From assembly GCF_016433145.1 (NCBI RefSeq), contig NC_058130.1:361978951-362042950 (forward strand): a DNA stretch of 64,000 nucleotides, written 5' to 3'. Below the pieces are notes generated by a model, which was not told the origin of the DNA, ran no database searches, and saw nothing but the letters and a program-made list of their open reading frames with translations. A program made the translations under genes and the position numbers. How positions within the stretch are numbered: the stretch's first letter is position 1; the number at the start of each line of letters is the position of its first letter. Positions 13,574-27,694 of the stretch are shown here, piece after piece. The DNA is from Gracilinanus agilis (taxonomy: Eukaryota).

Positions 13574-14504
13574 GTAGGAAAACTAATAATTATTGGTTAA
13601 TTATAGCTTTATTGCTGTAGGTTGATGAAATTTTCTTGGGTTTCGTAGCTTTATATTTAGGATTCTTAAAAGACTACTCAAATTCCACCCAAATGCTAGT
13701 ATAACTCAAATATTTTATTTTTTTGTCATGGCATAGGAAAAATATGATGCCTTTTTAAATAAATAAATTAACCTAGTCTTGCTGTATTATCTTTATGTTT
13801 CTGTCCTCAGACTCATCTGTTGCTATGGTAACTAGTCTTGGTTCAACCATGAAATTTCACAGAAGTTTTTTGTTGGTGCAGAAAAGCCCTCTTACTACCT
13901 TGATTTTGAAAATCCTTCAGTGTTCAAAATGATATCTTTATTATTGATGCCATTTTATTTGGCTCTTTCTTCTCTGAATGTTGAGAGTATACCAGTTGGA
14001 GTATATCAAAGCTCAAAAGCATTAAATAAGTCTTAGAATGGAAATGGCACCAATATCCCTTATATCTTTCCTCATATGTAGTATAAAATTATCTGACTTG
14101 CCTTATATCAAAGTGTAAAAAATTAATTTGAGTTATCCAGCTGTTTTTCTAAAGAGTTAGAAATAACATTATTCTGAAGGGCATAAGGGTGTTCTAATAG
14201 TAGGTGTCTCAGTTTCTGGGTTATAATAACAATTTAGAGTGCTCTAAATTTTAAATAAATATTATGCAGACTTGATTTTAATTTTACAAAAAATATATGC
14301 ATAGTTGCACAGCATTAGGTTTATTTTATTATAAGAACAGAATATTTTTTCTTGGCATGTTTAATGTCCCGTATTAGTTAATATATAAAGACATACTTTT
14401 AGACTGTTAGAGTCAGAACATTTTGTGCTTTTGTGTTATTGTCCATAAGCTCCTTCTAAACTGATAAATTAACTTTTTTTCTCTTTTTTCTGGCATGTGT
14501 AAAG

Positions 14505-14590
14505 CTAACACTACTTATGATGGTGATAAAGAATCAGAGGGTGAAGATGTTGAAGCAGATGCTGGTAATTCATCTGAAGATTTAAGGAAG
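14505..14590 (+). CDS. MIER3: MIER3 exon 6 ([29 protein letters not shown])
   Basis: gtgtaaAG / 86 nt / GTaaat; phase 1 in, phase 0 out. Confidence 0.93.
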
Positions 14591-14777
14591 GTAAATGGAA
14601 TGACCAATAATCACGTCAGACCATTTGTTTTAGTGTCTTTTTTAGCTAGTTTTAAAACAAAAATATAATTTCTCTTTTTTGAACTGTGTGAAATTGTATT
14701 TCTTAAGTTACTTGATAGTGAATATTTATTTTCAGCATAACACTAAGCTCTTTTTTTCCTCCTAACCTTTTTTTTAG

Positions 14778-14850
14778 GAAATAATGGTGGGTTTACAATA
14801 TCAAGCCGAAATTCCACCCTATCTTGGAAAGTACATCGGTAATGAGAAGG
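14778..14850 (+). CDS. MIER3: MIER3 exon 7 ([24 protein letters not shown]), start of ELM2 domain
   Basis: ccttttttttAG / 73 nt / GTaagg; carries the ELM2 signature I-x-VG-xx-YQAEIP. Confidence 0.96.
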
Positions 14851-15659
14851 GTAAGGTTCCGGATTTTGAAGGCTTTTGCTTGATTAATTCACCCCTATGA
14901 AACTTTATAGATAAAAAATGGCCCAACTGCCACAGAAGTATAAAGACAGATGCTAGGTAATCAGATCAATGATATATGGCTGTGTCAAGATAGTCACAGA
15001 ATCGCAGGATAGCACAGAAGGAAGGGACATCAGGCCATCATGTCTAACTTATTCTACATCATTTCCCCAAATGACCTTTACTTAAAAGACTTCCAAGGGT
15101 GGAGAACTCATTACCTCTTGAGACAGTCCCATTTCACTTTTGGAAATTTCTAATTATTAGGAAGCTTTTCTTTGTACCAAGCCCTAGATTTGTCCGAACA
15201 TTATAGAAAGTGTCCAAATGGAACTTAAAAAAACCCCAACAAATTCAAAACCTGATTATCCAAGTGTTATGTTTCTACTATTGTGCCCAGGCGGTCCCAT
15301 AAATATCAAATTAGTACAACAGAAGTTTCTCCATAGTTGCACTCCAATAGAAAATGGCAGATTTGAATCATCTTTAAGGTTTCGAGAATGTTATAGCTAT
15401 GATCTTTTCAGTGGATTCTGAGTACTTATTAAGGAAAAGACACTTGAAAAGAAAGAACAGGGAAAATCTACTTGTTGCCCCATAAATAGAGCAGGGAGGA
15501 AGAAGCTAAGCAGGCAAGTGCTTGGGGTTCAGAGTTTAATGACTCTTTAGGAATAACCCTAACAATCTGGGAGTATGTCCAGATAAGGACATTCAGAATT
15601 GTCAAGGGCTTCAAAATCAGGCCATCCCAGGATCACTTGAAGGTATAAAGAAAATTTTG

Positions 15660-15960
15660 CCTGGGGAAGAGAAGACTTTGGGAAATGGCAAGTGGAATAA
15701 TAAGGAATTAAATCACTGCTTTCAAATATCTGAACAGAAGAAGAATTAGACTTCCTTTCCTTGACCACAAGAGGTAGAACTAAGAGCACTGAAAGTGCAA
15801 AAATTTTCTTAAAGGCAGATTTCCATTCAAAAGTAAGAAAAATCTTCCTAACAGGAGAATTATTCAAAAGTGTTTCCTAGTTGAGAGTGTGGCAGGAGAG
15901 ATACCTGTTTAGGCTTGGGGTAGATTCCATGACCTTTGTTGCTTCTAAGATGCTTTAATT
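15660..15960 (+). mobile_element. CR1/L3 3' fragment (an opposite-strand piece lies at ~15030-15200)
   Basis: CTTTCAAATATCTG...GGCAGATTT...AAGAAAAATCTTCCTAACA resembles the L3 3' end. Confidence 0.6.
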
Positions 15961-16502
15961 TTAATTGGGATGGTTAGATCTGCCATTTAAGACTTACCAA
16001 CTGCAGTTGAGCACTTTTTGCACACTGCTAACCTGCTGCTCAAGCATAAATGCTTTAGTTGTTCCTTTTTCTTTCTTTTGGAAGTACAGTAGCTACTCCC
16101 AGACCAGGTGCTAGTGCTGATCAATATGGAAGTTTTTAACCTCTGTTTTTCTGGCCTCGATAGGTTGATACCTTCTTAGGCAGCGTGGTAGCCCTCCCAT
16201 CAGGGAAATTCGCCAAATTATTATACACAACCCAGTTGGCTTTAGTCCTCATGTAGTTTAGAACATTTGGCAGAGGCTGCTTTTATCTTTGGAAGCCCAG
16301 CATCTAGCATAGCGCCTGCTAGGTACTTAAAAATGCTAATTTCATTTAGCTTAGTTAATTTAGTTCGTTCCCACATTTCAAGATTGGGGGAGTATTCTTT
16401 TCCCATGTTTCCCCACTTAATTTGAAATTATCTTATTCTCTGTATCTGTTCACATCAGAATATGTACAGAATGTAAACTTGATTTAAAAGTTGGCAATAC
16501 AA

Positions 16503-16711
16503 GAGGGCAGCTGGATGGCTCAGTGGATTGAGAACCAGGCCTAGAGATGGGAGGTCCTAAGTTCAAATGTGGCCTCAGATTTTCCCCAGCTGTGTGACCC
16601 TGGACAAGTCACTTAACCTCTATTGCCTAGCCCTTAGTCTTGGAACCAATACGTAGTATTGATTTTAAGATGGAAGGTGAGAGTTTAAACAAAACAAAAC
16701 AAAACAAAACA
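16503..16711 (+). mobile_element. SINE1_Mdo-like SINE with (CAAAA)n tail
   Basis: TSD TGGCAATACAA at 16492-16502 and 16712-16722. Confidence 0.9.
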
Positions 16712-18641
16712 TGGCAATACAATAAGGGATGAATGATTTTAATTTTACAGTGAGATAGTGGGAAATAAAGATATATTTCTCTATCTTATTTAGTGCTATT
16801 TCCTTGAGCTTGATTTGTTTTTCCCCTTTGAACTCAGGAAATCAAAAATAATGTACACTACTGAGCACAGGAGTCAGGAGGATGGAGAAGGAGGAAAATC
16901 TTCTTTTTTTACCTGCCCTTCCAGACCCTACCTTCTAGCCAGGATTACATTTAGATCAGTGGAAACATGGCTGTCTTAGAATCAGAATCTTCATCATCAG
17001 CCACTTGTGACGTGCTTTTCTTCTCCTGCTCCAAGGTGGTTGAGAAAAGCTGCCTTGACAGAAGCTATAATGTGGCTTTTGTGTCAGACTCTAGCTGTTC
17101 TCTCTAGGGTCACAGTAGAATGATTTTATGTCAAAAAGTCAGAAGTGACATTCTGCCTACTTTCTTTGAATTCATTGGTTTTACCTTTATTCTCCCAGAG
17201 GTCTGACTTGAACTGAATACTTATATAGTTTTCTTGTATAATTAATAAGTCATTCTATGAGCTACATGTGAAAAATCAGCCAACTTACTTTACTACCTGG
17301 TCACTTTTAAGAACTCCCTTTTAAGTACAGTGATGACTATCCTTTATGGTTGTGGTCTGACAGTTTTGTCAGTTCATTGCACTGACTTTTCTTAGGGATG
17401 TCTAAGAAGAGTAATACTTTATCACATCTTAATTTCAAAGAAATTTTTAAGACTGTTGGGGAAAACTTAGGGAAGGAGAAATATACTTTTCTTGAGTATT
17501 TAAATCCCACCAAATTTATTAGCATCTGTGTGGTCGTGTTGATTGATTTCTTATTTTCCCAATGAATTCACAAGACACAAATTTCTAGGGAATTTGGCTG
17601 AGAATTTTCACAGTTTATTTTTATTATATTATTATATATTATAAGGGTTCCTATTATTGAGATTTTCATAAAATTTGGGATGTATTCCCCTCACTCTTGT
17701 GAGAAGATAAGAAACAATGAATTGCCTGAGGAAATGAAGGTTCAAGCTTTGGAGCATTTTGATGTATTAAGTAAAGTATACCAGTTGTCTAACTAATCTG
17801 GGCCAAGCCTCCCCTTTGATTTAGGGATAGACTCTGAAAATGGGGAGACAGACTTTTATACATTAAAAACAATCAAATAAGGCCAATTAAAAGGAAACAT
17901 TAGGTCATCTGATTTCTAATTGGAGGAAAGACTGGGGACTTTCAAAGTTGTGAGGGGGAAGAGTGAAAAGATGCAATTACCTAAATTCAGAAAAAGGTAT
18001 CCCACTCTCCCTAATGTCTCTGAACCATTAAAGGAACTCGGAAACAATACCATTTGACCAGTATGGGACCAGTTTTCAGAAAAGATGTGGGTTACTTGAG
18101 TTGTAAAATTTTAAGAAGACTCCTTATAACAGTCTTTGAGTCTTGACTGTATTTTTAGTAGGTTATGGATCTCTTAAGGAATAGGTAGTCCAGCTTCTCA
18201 GCTATGCAAGGGTAGGTTCAAACAATGAAATACAGTTTTCTGCCACTTCCCATGATTATAAAAGGTTTGTTCACAAGACAGAAGTTAGATGAGACCCATA
18301 AAATAGAAAGGGAATTGAGCTAGCTCCACAATTGATTCACAAGATGAAGTCACTGTGGTTCATTCAGTCTTCTTCCTGGTATTTCTCCACAGCTCCTTGT
18401 TTCCACTCTTATCTCACCTTCTCCCCACCCCCAAAAAAACCCAAAAAACAAAACAACAACAAAACTACCCAGAGTAGCCATTGGCAATCCTTTCCAATGT
18501 GAGAGGAGCTCTGCAATGAGCAGAGCAACTTACTGGTATCCAAAATCCACCTCTGGTTACATTTCCTATAAAGTAAGTTAAGGAATAGTTCGCATGTTTC
18601 ATAAGTGGATTCTTTCTTTACAAATCAACTTTCTTTACCAG

Positions 18642-18793
18642 TATATGAAAATGAAGATCAATTACTCTGGACTCCTGATGTGGTTCTGGAGAGCAAAGTT
18701 AAAGAGTACCTTGTTGAGACTTCTTTAAGAACTGGAAATGAAAAAACGATGGATAAGACTTCTGAGGGAACACACACAAGGGATAATGAACAA
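18642..18793 (+). CDS. MIER3: MIER3 exon 8 ([24 protein letters not shown]...HTRDNEQ), ELM2
   Basis: ttctttaccAG / 152 nt / GTatgt. Confidence 0.97.
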
Positions 18794-19772
18794 GTATGTA
18801 TTTGGTTATTTTCTGTTGAAATGCATCATGTCTAAATAGTAAAGAAGCTTGTTTTTGAGTAGTGAATATGCTCTTAGTTTTCTTGGGATTAGCAACAAAG
18901 TATTTTGTATGATAGAGACTTGTTTTGAGCCTTATTTTATATCAAATTGATCTTCTGAGAGAAAATGCTGTCTGCAAGTTCAACATACTATTTGAGCTCC
19001 CACAACATTCTAAACCCCATAGTATGCTTAAGGGCTTCTTCCTTTCAAGCTACTTTTGCAGTCATACCCACCACTTATTTTTATTTCTTTGTCACCAGCT
19101 AGAGGGAACATAAAGAAAAATCTTTACACAGATTCACATATAAATTCCCAGCAATAAACTGGAAAATTCTCACAACTGGTATATTTTACATTTTAAGTAA
19201 ATAGTTGGTGTTATGTGAGACCTCAGCTAGTAATGTCTTTGGGAGCCATGCTGTAGACCAGTTCTGCTTATTATTTCCTCCTAGATCTTGAATATAAATA
19301 AATATGGGGAGATGGTAGCCAGCAACTACAGTTTTCACCTTCCCTCATGATGCATAGAGACTGGCACCATTACCACTTCTACTTTGACCTAGCCTTCATC
19401 CCTTGGATGAGGGAGCTCTGAAGGAGTCCTTCAGCATCATCAGAAGCACTGAGAGGAGCAGCAGTGATGCTCTCCCCTCAAGAGGGATGGAAGGAAAGAT
19501 TGAATGTATTTGGAAGAGCAAGATTCTAGCTAACTCCACTTGCTTTCTCAGAGCTGCCTAAATTTGTCTGCAAAACTGAGATAGAGATGAAAGGACAGGA
19601 CAGAGTTTGACAGAATAACTGCTGTAAAGCGATAGAAAGTTCAAGCTCATTTTCTTCAGCCTAATTTCCTTTGACGTTAGTTTGAGCAAATGCTCAAATG
19701 TTTTCTTAATTGCAGAGTTAAATAGAAATTTCATATGATTGACATTTAGTTTTTTTTCTCTCTATGATTTAG

Positions 19773-19854
19773 GCACTATATGAACTTCTCAAATGTAATC
19801 ACAATGTAAAAGAAGCGATTGAAAGATACTGCAGCAATGGAAAAGCATCTCAAG
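19773..19854 (+). CDS. MIER3: MIER3 exon 9 ([27 protein letters not shown]), end of ELM2
   Basis: tctatgatttAG / 82 nt / GTaaaa; contains LYELL (an LxxLL match). Confidence 0.96.
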
Positions 19855-22002
19855 GTAAAAAAAAAAGCACTGGGAAAGAGATGATGGGAGGATCAGAGAC
19901 CCTTCCTAAGAATTCATTGCTTATTCTTGATCTCCCTAAACAATGTAGCTGAAATCCACTGAAAATTTTTAATGGTTGATCCTCATCATTAATTTTTTTC
20001 TTTTTAATTTTCATCTGTTCTTCATTTTTATTCACATCAGAAATTATCAAAATAAAATTTTAACATCACTCTCACTGCTATTTCCTTGAAGAATTATAGA
20101 GTAAAGCAAACATTAGAAATGAGTTTTTCAAAAGTAATATAAAGAATAAATTTTTTTTGCCAGATTATGAACTCCAAAAAGCTAAAGCATGGTACTGTAA
20201 TAAAATGACCACTAGTTTCCAGTTTTGTTTTCTATGCCCCTTAGAAAGGCTTTATGTTGCATTTTTAAAAATCATTGTTTCACTATTTGCTTCCATTTTA
20301 CAAATGGAATGCATGTGCCTTAGGTGCCATTGGAAATGTGCAATCACAGTAATGCTAAGCAATACGTCATTTTTGGGGAAAATAGGAAAACCAGAAATGG
20401 TATGCTGGAACCAGCAATTAGAGATAGTCTGTTGAACTATTTCAGCCTGTAACAGGCTGTCTTTAAAAGAGCATCAGATAATTTTTGACTCACAGAAGCA
20501 GACATCGATTGCTAGTTTAAATTATTGCTCGTTTTTTGAGCCCAGGTGGAGCAGCATGTGCTGGTCCCAGGGGTGGAAGCAAAACTCAAGGGAGCTAGTA
20601 CAGTTCTTTGGCAACTTGATTTTTTTCATTTTAGACGAGAGCCATGTCTTATTTAAACTTTCTATCTTCCACAGAACAGTGTACCTAATAAGTGCGAGTG
20701 TGAATCAAATTGTGTTGTCCATGCCACGGTACTAACTGAAATTCAAGGGGGAAATGTTGGACAGTAGATAGGAAAGTGAGTCTATTCTGTCTCTCAGGCA
20801 GAACAGAATTTAATTCAGTAAACATTCATTAAGAACCTTCAATATACAGGGCATCATTCCATGTGCTGTGCATGCAAAGACAAACCAAAAAACAGTCCCT
20901 GCACTGAAGAAGCTTAGAGTCTGAAACAATATCCTTGTGTCCCCACTCACATTTTTTAATCTGTTATCATAAGTAATCATTGGAAAGTAGAACTTAATTT
21001 AATTGGTATTTCTGCATGATTGTTTTTTTATTTGTCTTCTGTGTGTGTGTGTGTGCACGCACGCGCATGTGTGCATATGTGCACGTGCATCTGTGTTAGA
21101 TGCTATGTATTTTTATATGATTGTGAGATTTATGGTAGCAGTCATTCCTCATGCCTCATTCTTTTCTGCTTTGCTTTTTATTTTTAGGTCTTAGCACAGT
21201 TTGCACTTAGAAGGTGCTTAATAAATGTTTATTGACCAATTGGCTGATAAGATTACAAATCTATATGAAGGCATAAATGCCCTGGGGTCTAGGAGATTCT
21301 AGATTCTGTAATTTCCTCTCTTTGTGTTTAAGCCCTTTAATTACCTAATATTTTCAATATTAGGTGGCCTTGTTTTGCATGGTAATGGCCACCCTGTTTG
21401 CATGATATTTGGACTTTTGTTGAGTACTAGTGAATATTTGTGTTTCAAGTTCTTCGGGTTCAGGAACCATATCTTTAGACTTCAGATAGTGTCTTACTTG
21501 TGGTAGATGCCCATCCACTAAATTGGATGTTGATTGTTATATTGTATTCCTCCTAGATAAAGATGGCCCAGAATCCCTAATCAGAATCTTACCATTTGTA
21601 TCAATCTAACAGGACAGACTACTCCCCCTTCTCCCCTCACACACTGAAGTTATTGTAAGGTGTGTTTTTGGTTGAAGTCTGTTAAGTGTGAGAGTTATAG
21701 AAATAAATGAAAGCAAAATTTAGCAAAATAATTTGGTTTACTGATATAATAATCCTTCCTTACTTTGAATTAGCATTTCATAAGGAAATAATGGCAAGTG
21801 TGTATGCCCAGAATTTAACATTAACATATTTTATGACTTTGTCAGCTGTAAAGATCCTAAATTAAATTATGCTAAAAGATAGAATTTCTCTTTTGGGAAC
21901 TCAGATTTTGGTAACCTTTTATAGTAAAATCATTCTGAGAGTCAGTAATTCACATAAAGTAGTTTGTTATAAATAATTTTTTTGTGCTTTGGTCTTCTCC
22001 AG

Positions 22003-22097
22003 AAGAGATGACAGCATGGACAGAAGAAGAATGCAGAAATTTTGAGCATGCTCTTCTGATTTATGGGAAAGATTTTCATCTTATACAAAAGAATAAG
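22003..22097 (+). CDS. MIER3: MIER3 exon 10 ([32 protein letters not shown]), SANT domain
   Basis: gtcttctccAG / 95 nt / GTaaat; typical SANT helix W-TEEE-xx-F-xx-AL-xx-YGKDF. Confidence 0.97.
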
Positions 22098-22534
22098 GTA
22101 AATATTATGCAAATAGGAACACAGAGGGAGTTTAGTAATATAAAATCTATGTAAGCAACTCATTTATCAAGACAGTGCCACGAACAGAAAAAAGCACCAA
22201 CTGATGATTGTTTTCTTATCATTTATATTCTGATTTTTCTTTAAACATCCCCAGAACTCACTTGTAGGTGTCACAACCTATTCACCCTTAAAGTCATCAA
22301 AAGCATGGATGTTGTTTTCACATATCTTTCCACGTATGCATTTATAGTAACACATAAATTTGAATATTCAGAACTTGTTCTATATTTCCAGGAGGGATGC
22401 CTGATTTTTAGTCCTTATTTCCTTAATCACTCAAAGACTTTCGGCCATGTCTAAAATGATCTTCAACAGTCTTCAACAATGAGCCCTTTATTTCCTGAAA
22501 GGTTGATAATTATACTTTCCTGAGTTTGGAGTTT

Positions 22535-23020
22535 AAAATTTTTTATTTTAATTTTTATTTCAAAATTCTCTTCCTCTACTACCTCCCCCATCCACCAAGA
22601 AGTCAAGAAATAAGCTATCTTTTATACAAATGAAAACCTGTCAAACAAATTTCTATATTAGCCATGTTCTAGGGGGAAATATGCTTCATTCTGCATGCAT
22701 AATTCTTTAGTTCTCCCTCTGGAAGTGGATAGCATTTTATATCATGGGTCCTTTGGAGTTTTGGTGGATCATTGTATTGATCAGATTTCCTAAGTCTTTG
22801 TCAGTTGATTTAAATGTAGGTTGTTCTCCTGCTAGCTTCACTGCATTAGTTCATTCAAGTGTGCCCAGGTCTTTTTGAAGCCATCCCTTTCATCGTTTCC
22901 TATGCCATAATAATGTCCTGTGACATTCATATACTCTTAACTTGTTTAGCCATTCACCATTTGATGGGCAGTGCCTCAAATTCCACTTCTTGGCCACCAC
23001 AAAAACAGCTGCTATAAATA
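22535..23020 (-). mobile_element. L1/HAL1 3'UTR fragment
   Basis: T-rich tail followed by sequence similar to the 46600-47000 element. Confidence 0.55.
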
Positions 23021-23599
23021 CTTTTATATTTATTATCCTAGTAATTTGGAAAGGAAATATCACATAAAGAAAAACCTAATTTATATTTGTCTTCCCTTCT
23101 TAGTTAATAGAATTACAGAAAAGACACTTGCTAACCATGTTGTAAAGGATTTAGTTTAACTTGATCTCTGTGTGCTTTCTGTAGGGAGAGCAGTCTTCTC
23201 AAATGTTTTGATGAGCAGATAAATGCATAGTTTTATACTTTGTTGTTGCCTTAGAGAGTTTAATGCTGGATTTCCAGCAATATGGCTGCATGAGAAATTG
23301 TACCAAAGCCAGCTTCCCTACATCATCTGAAAAGAGCAAAAGAATAAAACAAAGGAGGGAAGAAGGAAGAATCTATCTAAGAAAGTTATTACTAAAAAAC
23401 CTGTAGAGAGAGATCAGATCATTTGTCAGTATGTGTGTATATCTGTGGATAGCTATATCTACATAGATATTGATATAAATAGATAGATACACAATCTTGA
23501 ACACTGCAAATTGATGATAAGCTGGGTCCAGAATAGGATGGGACTACCTTTGGAAAATTCTAAGTCTTTTAATTATCTTAATCTTCTCTGAAACAGGCC

Positions 23600-26130
23600 C
23601 ATTTTTTAACACTAATATTGTTCCAATGCTGTTTAATGGTTAGTTGTGGAATACCAAGGCTTCTAAAGAATTGAAGGTCAGGATATCCAAAGGGCAGTAC
23701 ATTACAGATGAAGAATTGCACAAAAGAAAGGACATATAAAAGAAATTATCAGAGAAATGAACAACCAGGGGAAAATTAGTTGGTCACATAATAAGATTGA
23801 GGAATAAATAATAGATATCCTGAATGCCCCATTGATATCCACCTAATTCAAGAGAAAAGGTTGGATATATACCTTAAATCACAGTTAGAGGAGGCTTTGG
23901 ACAGGGGTCCCATAGAATGGGCATGCATAGATAGTTTGAAATCTGCATTGTTGGAGAGAGTACCCACATCTGTGGGATCTCAGATCTATTAACGAACTGG
24001 GAAATCACCACAAAATTGACCAAGAATTTCAAACTATGTAAGTATAAAGTATAGAGTGATAGCATCCATAGGATATCAAAGAAGAGAAACTAAATTTCTT
24101 TCAATCCATTTAATCTGTAGCCTCTTCAAATAAAGGAAATCAAAGAAGGACAAGTTGGTAAAAATGGCAAGAAAAGAGTTAGAAGTGAAATTAATGCTTA
24201 TGTGCTTCTTAAATACAGACCCTTACCCTTCCCTTTCTCTGTATCCTCAAAGCTTAGCACATTGGCTGGCATATAGCAGGTGCTTACCATTTGTTAAGCA
24301 AATGCTTGTTGCCTTGACTTTTTGTGATTTACAGAAGATCCTGATGTCCATAGTGTAAAGGAAGGCTAAAACAGAGAAAGAGAACGACAGACCATTACCA
24401 TAAATTAATATTGACAGTAAAATTTTAGCCAAAGGATTATAGCAGTATGCCAAAAAATTGTTATAATCAAGTTGGATTTATTTTAGGATTGAAAGGATGG
24501 TTCAACATGAGGAAATACTTAAAAGGCTGGCATGGTGCAATGGAAAGAATGCTGGATTTGGAGTTAAGAGGACCTGGGTTTGAATCCCAGCTCTGCTATT
24601 TGCTCATTGTGTTATGTAGGACAAATCCTTAAAATTATGGACTTCAGTTTTCCTAATCTATAAAATGAGAGTGCTGGGCCAAATGACTTCTAAGATATCT
24701 TATAGTTCTAAATATATAATCCTATGATTCAAATTAGCTTAATGGATCATATAAATAAAACCCACATAACTGTGCCAGTGGATTTAGAAAAAGCTTTCAA
24801 CAAAATCCAGCATTCATTTATGGTTTTTAAAAAAAGTAAAACAACCTCTAAAAAGGTTATAGACATGAAATAGACATGAAAGTGCCTTTCATATACCAAA
24901 ATCATTTACCTAAAGCCAAGAGCTAGCATTATTTGTAATGAAGAAACACTGGAAGCTTTCTCAGTAGGTATATGACAAAAGCAAGAATGTCTTTTTCTCC
25001 ACTATGATTTGATGTAGTATTAGAAATGCTACTTTAACAAGATAAGATAAAGGAATAAACATTAGCAAGGAAAAGGAAAAATTATTTGCACACAGTATGA
25101 TGCCTTACTTATGAAACAAACTCTAAAGAAATTGTCAAAACAACTAACAGATGATTAATAGCCCAATAAAGTACAATAAGAAATAAATCCACAAAAATTA
25201 ATACCTTTTTGTATAATACTAACAAAACCCAGAATCCCATTAAAAATAAATACAAAATGCATTGAACATCTGGAAATTAGACTAGTCAGACATCTAGGAC
25301 ATATATAAGTAGAACTATACAACCCTTTAAAAATAAAGGAATCCCTAAATTGGAACCATATTTAGTGTTCGTGGCTAGGTTCTGCCTACATAAAAAAAAA
25401 TTATATCTAAATTAGTTGATGGATGTAATGTTATTCTAAGTGGATAGTTTCTAGAAATTGATAAAGTTACAATGATGAGGTCGATAAATGAAAAGTTAAA
25501 TTCATGGAAAGTAATGTATATATGGTGTGTGAGGAGGGAAGACAAAGAAGCATTAGCATTACCAAGTCTCAAATTATAGAGTAGTAATTATCAAAACTTT
25601 ATGCTACTGGCTAAAAAATAGAAAAGGATGCTCTTCGGAATCTTTGAGATAAGAAATACCTAGAAAGAGATTACATACAGTAGTCCCAATATATCATGAA
25701 CCCAAGGGCACAAACTGTTTGGAGAGTAAGATAATTAAAATATAATTGTCCTAGGACAAGAACTTTTGGGAAAACTGGAAAGCAGTTTGCTAAATAGTAG
25801 GGTTAGATGAAACCTTTTACCATATACCATAATAAACTCTTTAGTGATGTGATTTAAATCTAAAATTTTAAATTTAAAGTTTTTGAAAAGTTAGAAGAAA
25901 GTAGAAGAAGATAACTGTTACAGTGGTTAGATTGAGGATAAATTCATAAAGCAAACAAGTGAAAGAGGTAATTGCAAAAGACAAAATAGACAGATTTGAT
26001 TTTCCATGAGTGGAATTAATATAGGCTAAATGTAGAAGCTATTCTAAGTTTAATATCCAATGCAAATAGAGAATCAATACAAATACAATAGACAGTAGAA
26101 AAAGCCATTTTCAAAAGAAGGAATATAAAC
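23600..26130 (+). mobile_element. Decayed L1 ORF2 fragment in MIER3 intron 10, interrupted by a MIR (~24520-24730)
   Basis: Translates to NQVGFILGLKGWFNMRK (cf. L1 RT DQVGFIPGMQGWFNIRK) and DLEKAFNKIQHSFM at 24781 (cf. DAEKAFDKIQHPFM); many stops and frameshifts. Confidence 0.8.
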
Positions 26131-26380
26131 TATCAACAACTATGCAGAACCCTCATGGGCCAGTAGATAGCACTGGCCTTGAAACCAGGAAAACATGGCT
26201 TTAAGCCCTGCTTCTGTCTGATACATGCTTGCTTTGTGACCTGAGCAAATCACTGAACTCTGGTTGCTCTGAGTAACTTTCTAAGTTTGTAGGTTGCACA
26301 GAAGGTACTAACCTGCATTAGTGAAAAGTTGCCTCACCTGGGAGTTCCCTGTGTGTTTGATATCATAGGTCTCCAGGCTC
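26130..26380 (+). mobile_element. Marsupial CORE-SINE (WallSI4-like)
   Basis: tRNA-like head and core, with a tail ...CTGCATTAGTG...GGGAGTTCCC. A similar reverse copy lies at ~43340-43530. Confidence 0.5.
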
Positions 26381-26619
26381 TATCCAACAACCATATTTCT
26401 AATGTTCCAAGTTGCTGATAAGATAAATTAATTCTTAAAAGTTTAAAGTATAACATACAGTTATTGGATAGAGACTACCAGAGACTTGTTGATATCATTT
26501 GTATAGGGAACACCTGGGTGAGGAAACTCCTTTGATCAATGGAGGTTAGCATGCAAGTATTAAATAGCCATTAGTAGGGAAACGTGTGAACTGACGATAT
26601 CAAAAACCAGACCTCTAAC

Positions 26620-27240
26620 CGAAATTCTGTTTAATGTCTTAATTGATGACTTGGATGAAGATAGAGATAGCACACTTACTAAGTTTTTGGATAACAGAGC
26701 TGGGAGGGTTCAGCAACATGTTGGATGACTAAATGTAAACTCTAAAAGGTCCTCAACAGGCTAGAATAATGGGATATGATAGCAAAGTGAAATGGAATAC
26801 AGATAGATATAAAGTTCTACACTTAGGTTCAGAAAATTAAGGACAGCAGTGGGCAGTGAGTTTTGGTTGACCATAGGAGTGTAATTAGAGGAAGCCAACC
26901 AAAACAGTAAAGGGTTTGTTAGTCTAGGGAGCAGAAAGGTTGCATGATAGCTGGCTGATCCCAAATGTCCCAGGACCTCTTCTGGAACCTGAAAAGGGTT
27001 CAATTTACTCTGAGTAGCTCCAGAGGACAGTGCTTAGACCATGGAAGTGACAGGGAGGCAGTTTTCAATTTAATACAAGGGAAAACTTGCAGTCAGAACT
27101 GTCTGAAAATAGAATTATGTTGCCTCATGAGGTAATGATTCCATGTCTCAGCAGAGGCTGAACGCGCATTTGTTGGGGAAGTTCGAGAAGGGATTCATTC
27201 CTTTATCAGATGGAGGGTCAGCCTAAAAAATCTCCAGTCT
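26620..27240 (+). mobile_element. CR1/L3 RT and 3' fragment ending ~75 nt upstream of the MIER3 exon 11 acceptor
   Basis: Translates to LFNVLIDDLDED (cf. CR1 LFNIFINDLDEG) and KVLHLG. Confidence 0.75.
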
Positions 27241-27316
27241 TGACATTTTATGCAGTTTCCAGTTAAGGTAGAAAGGTTTTCCTAAAGATTGACATTTTCT
27301 AATGTTCTCTCCTTAG

Positions 27317-27445
<129 letters not shown>

Positions 27446-27551
27446 TAAGTAGAGATATGGTACCTCACCATTGTGAATGCATGTAATTTCATGTTTTTTA
27501 ATTCTATTCCATATTCATGATAGTTAATGCAGGACGAATGTGCATTTCTAG

Positions 27552-27694
27552 GGACTACATGGATCGTTTGGTAGATGAAACAGAAGCTCTTGGGGGAGCA
27601 GTAAATTCTTCAGCCTTAACATCTAACCGGACCGATCCTCTTCCTGACCAGCAGCTAAGCATTCTAAACTCCTTCACTGCCAGTGACTTGACAG
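27552..27694 (+). CDS. MIER3: MIER3 exon 12 ([16 protein letters not shown]...SFTASDLT)
   Basis: atttctAG / 143 nt / GTaaag. Confidence 0.96.
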
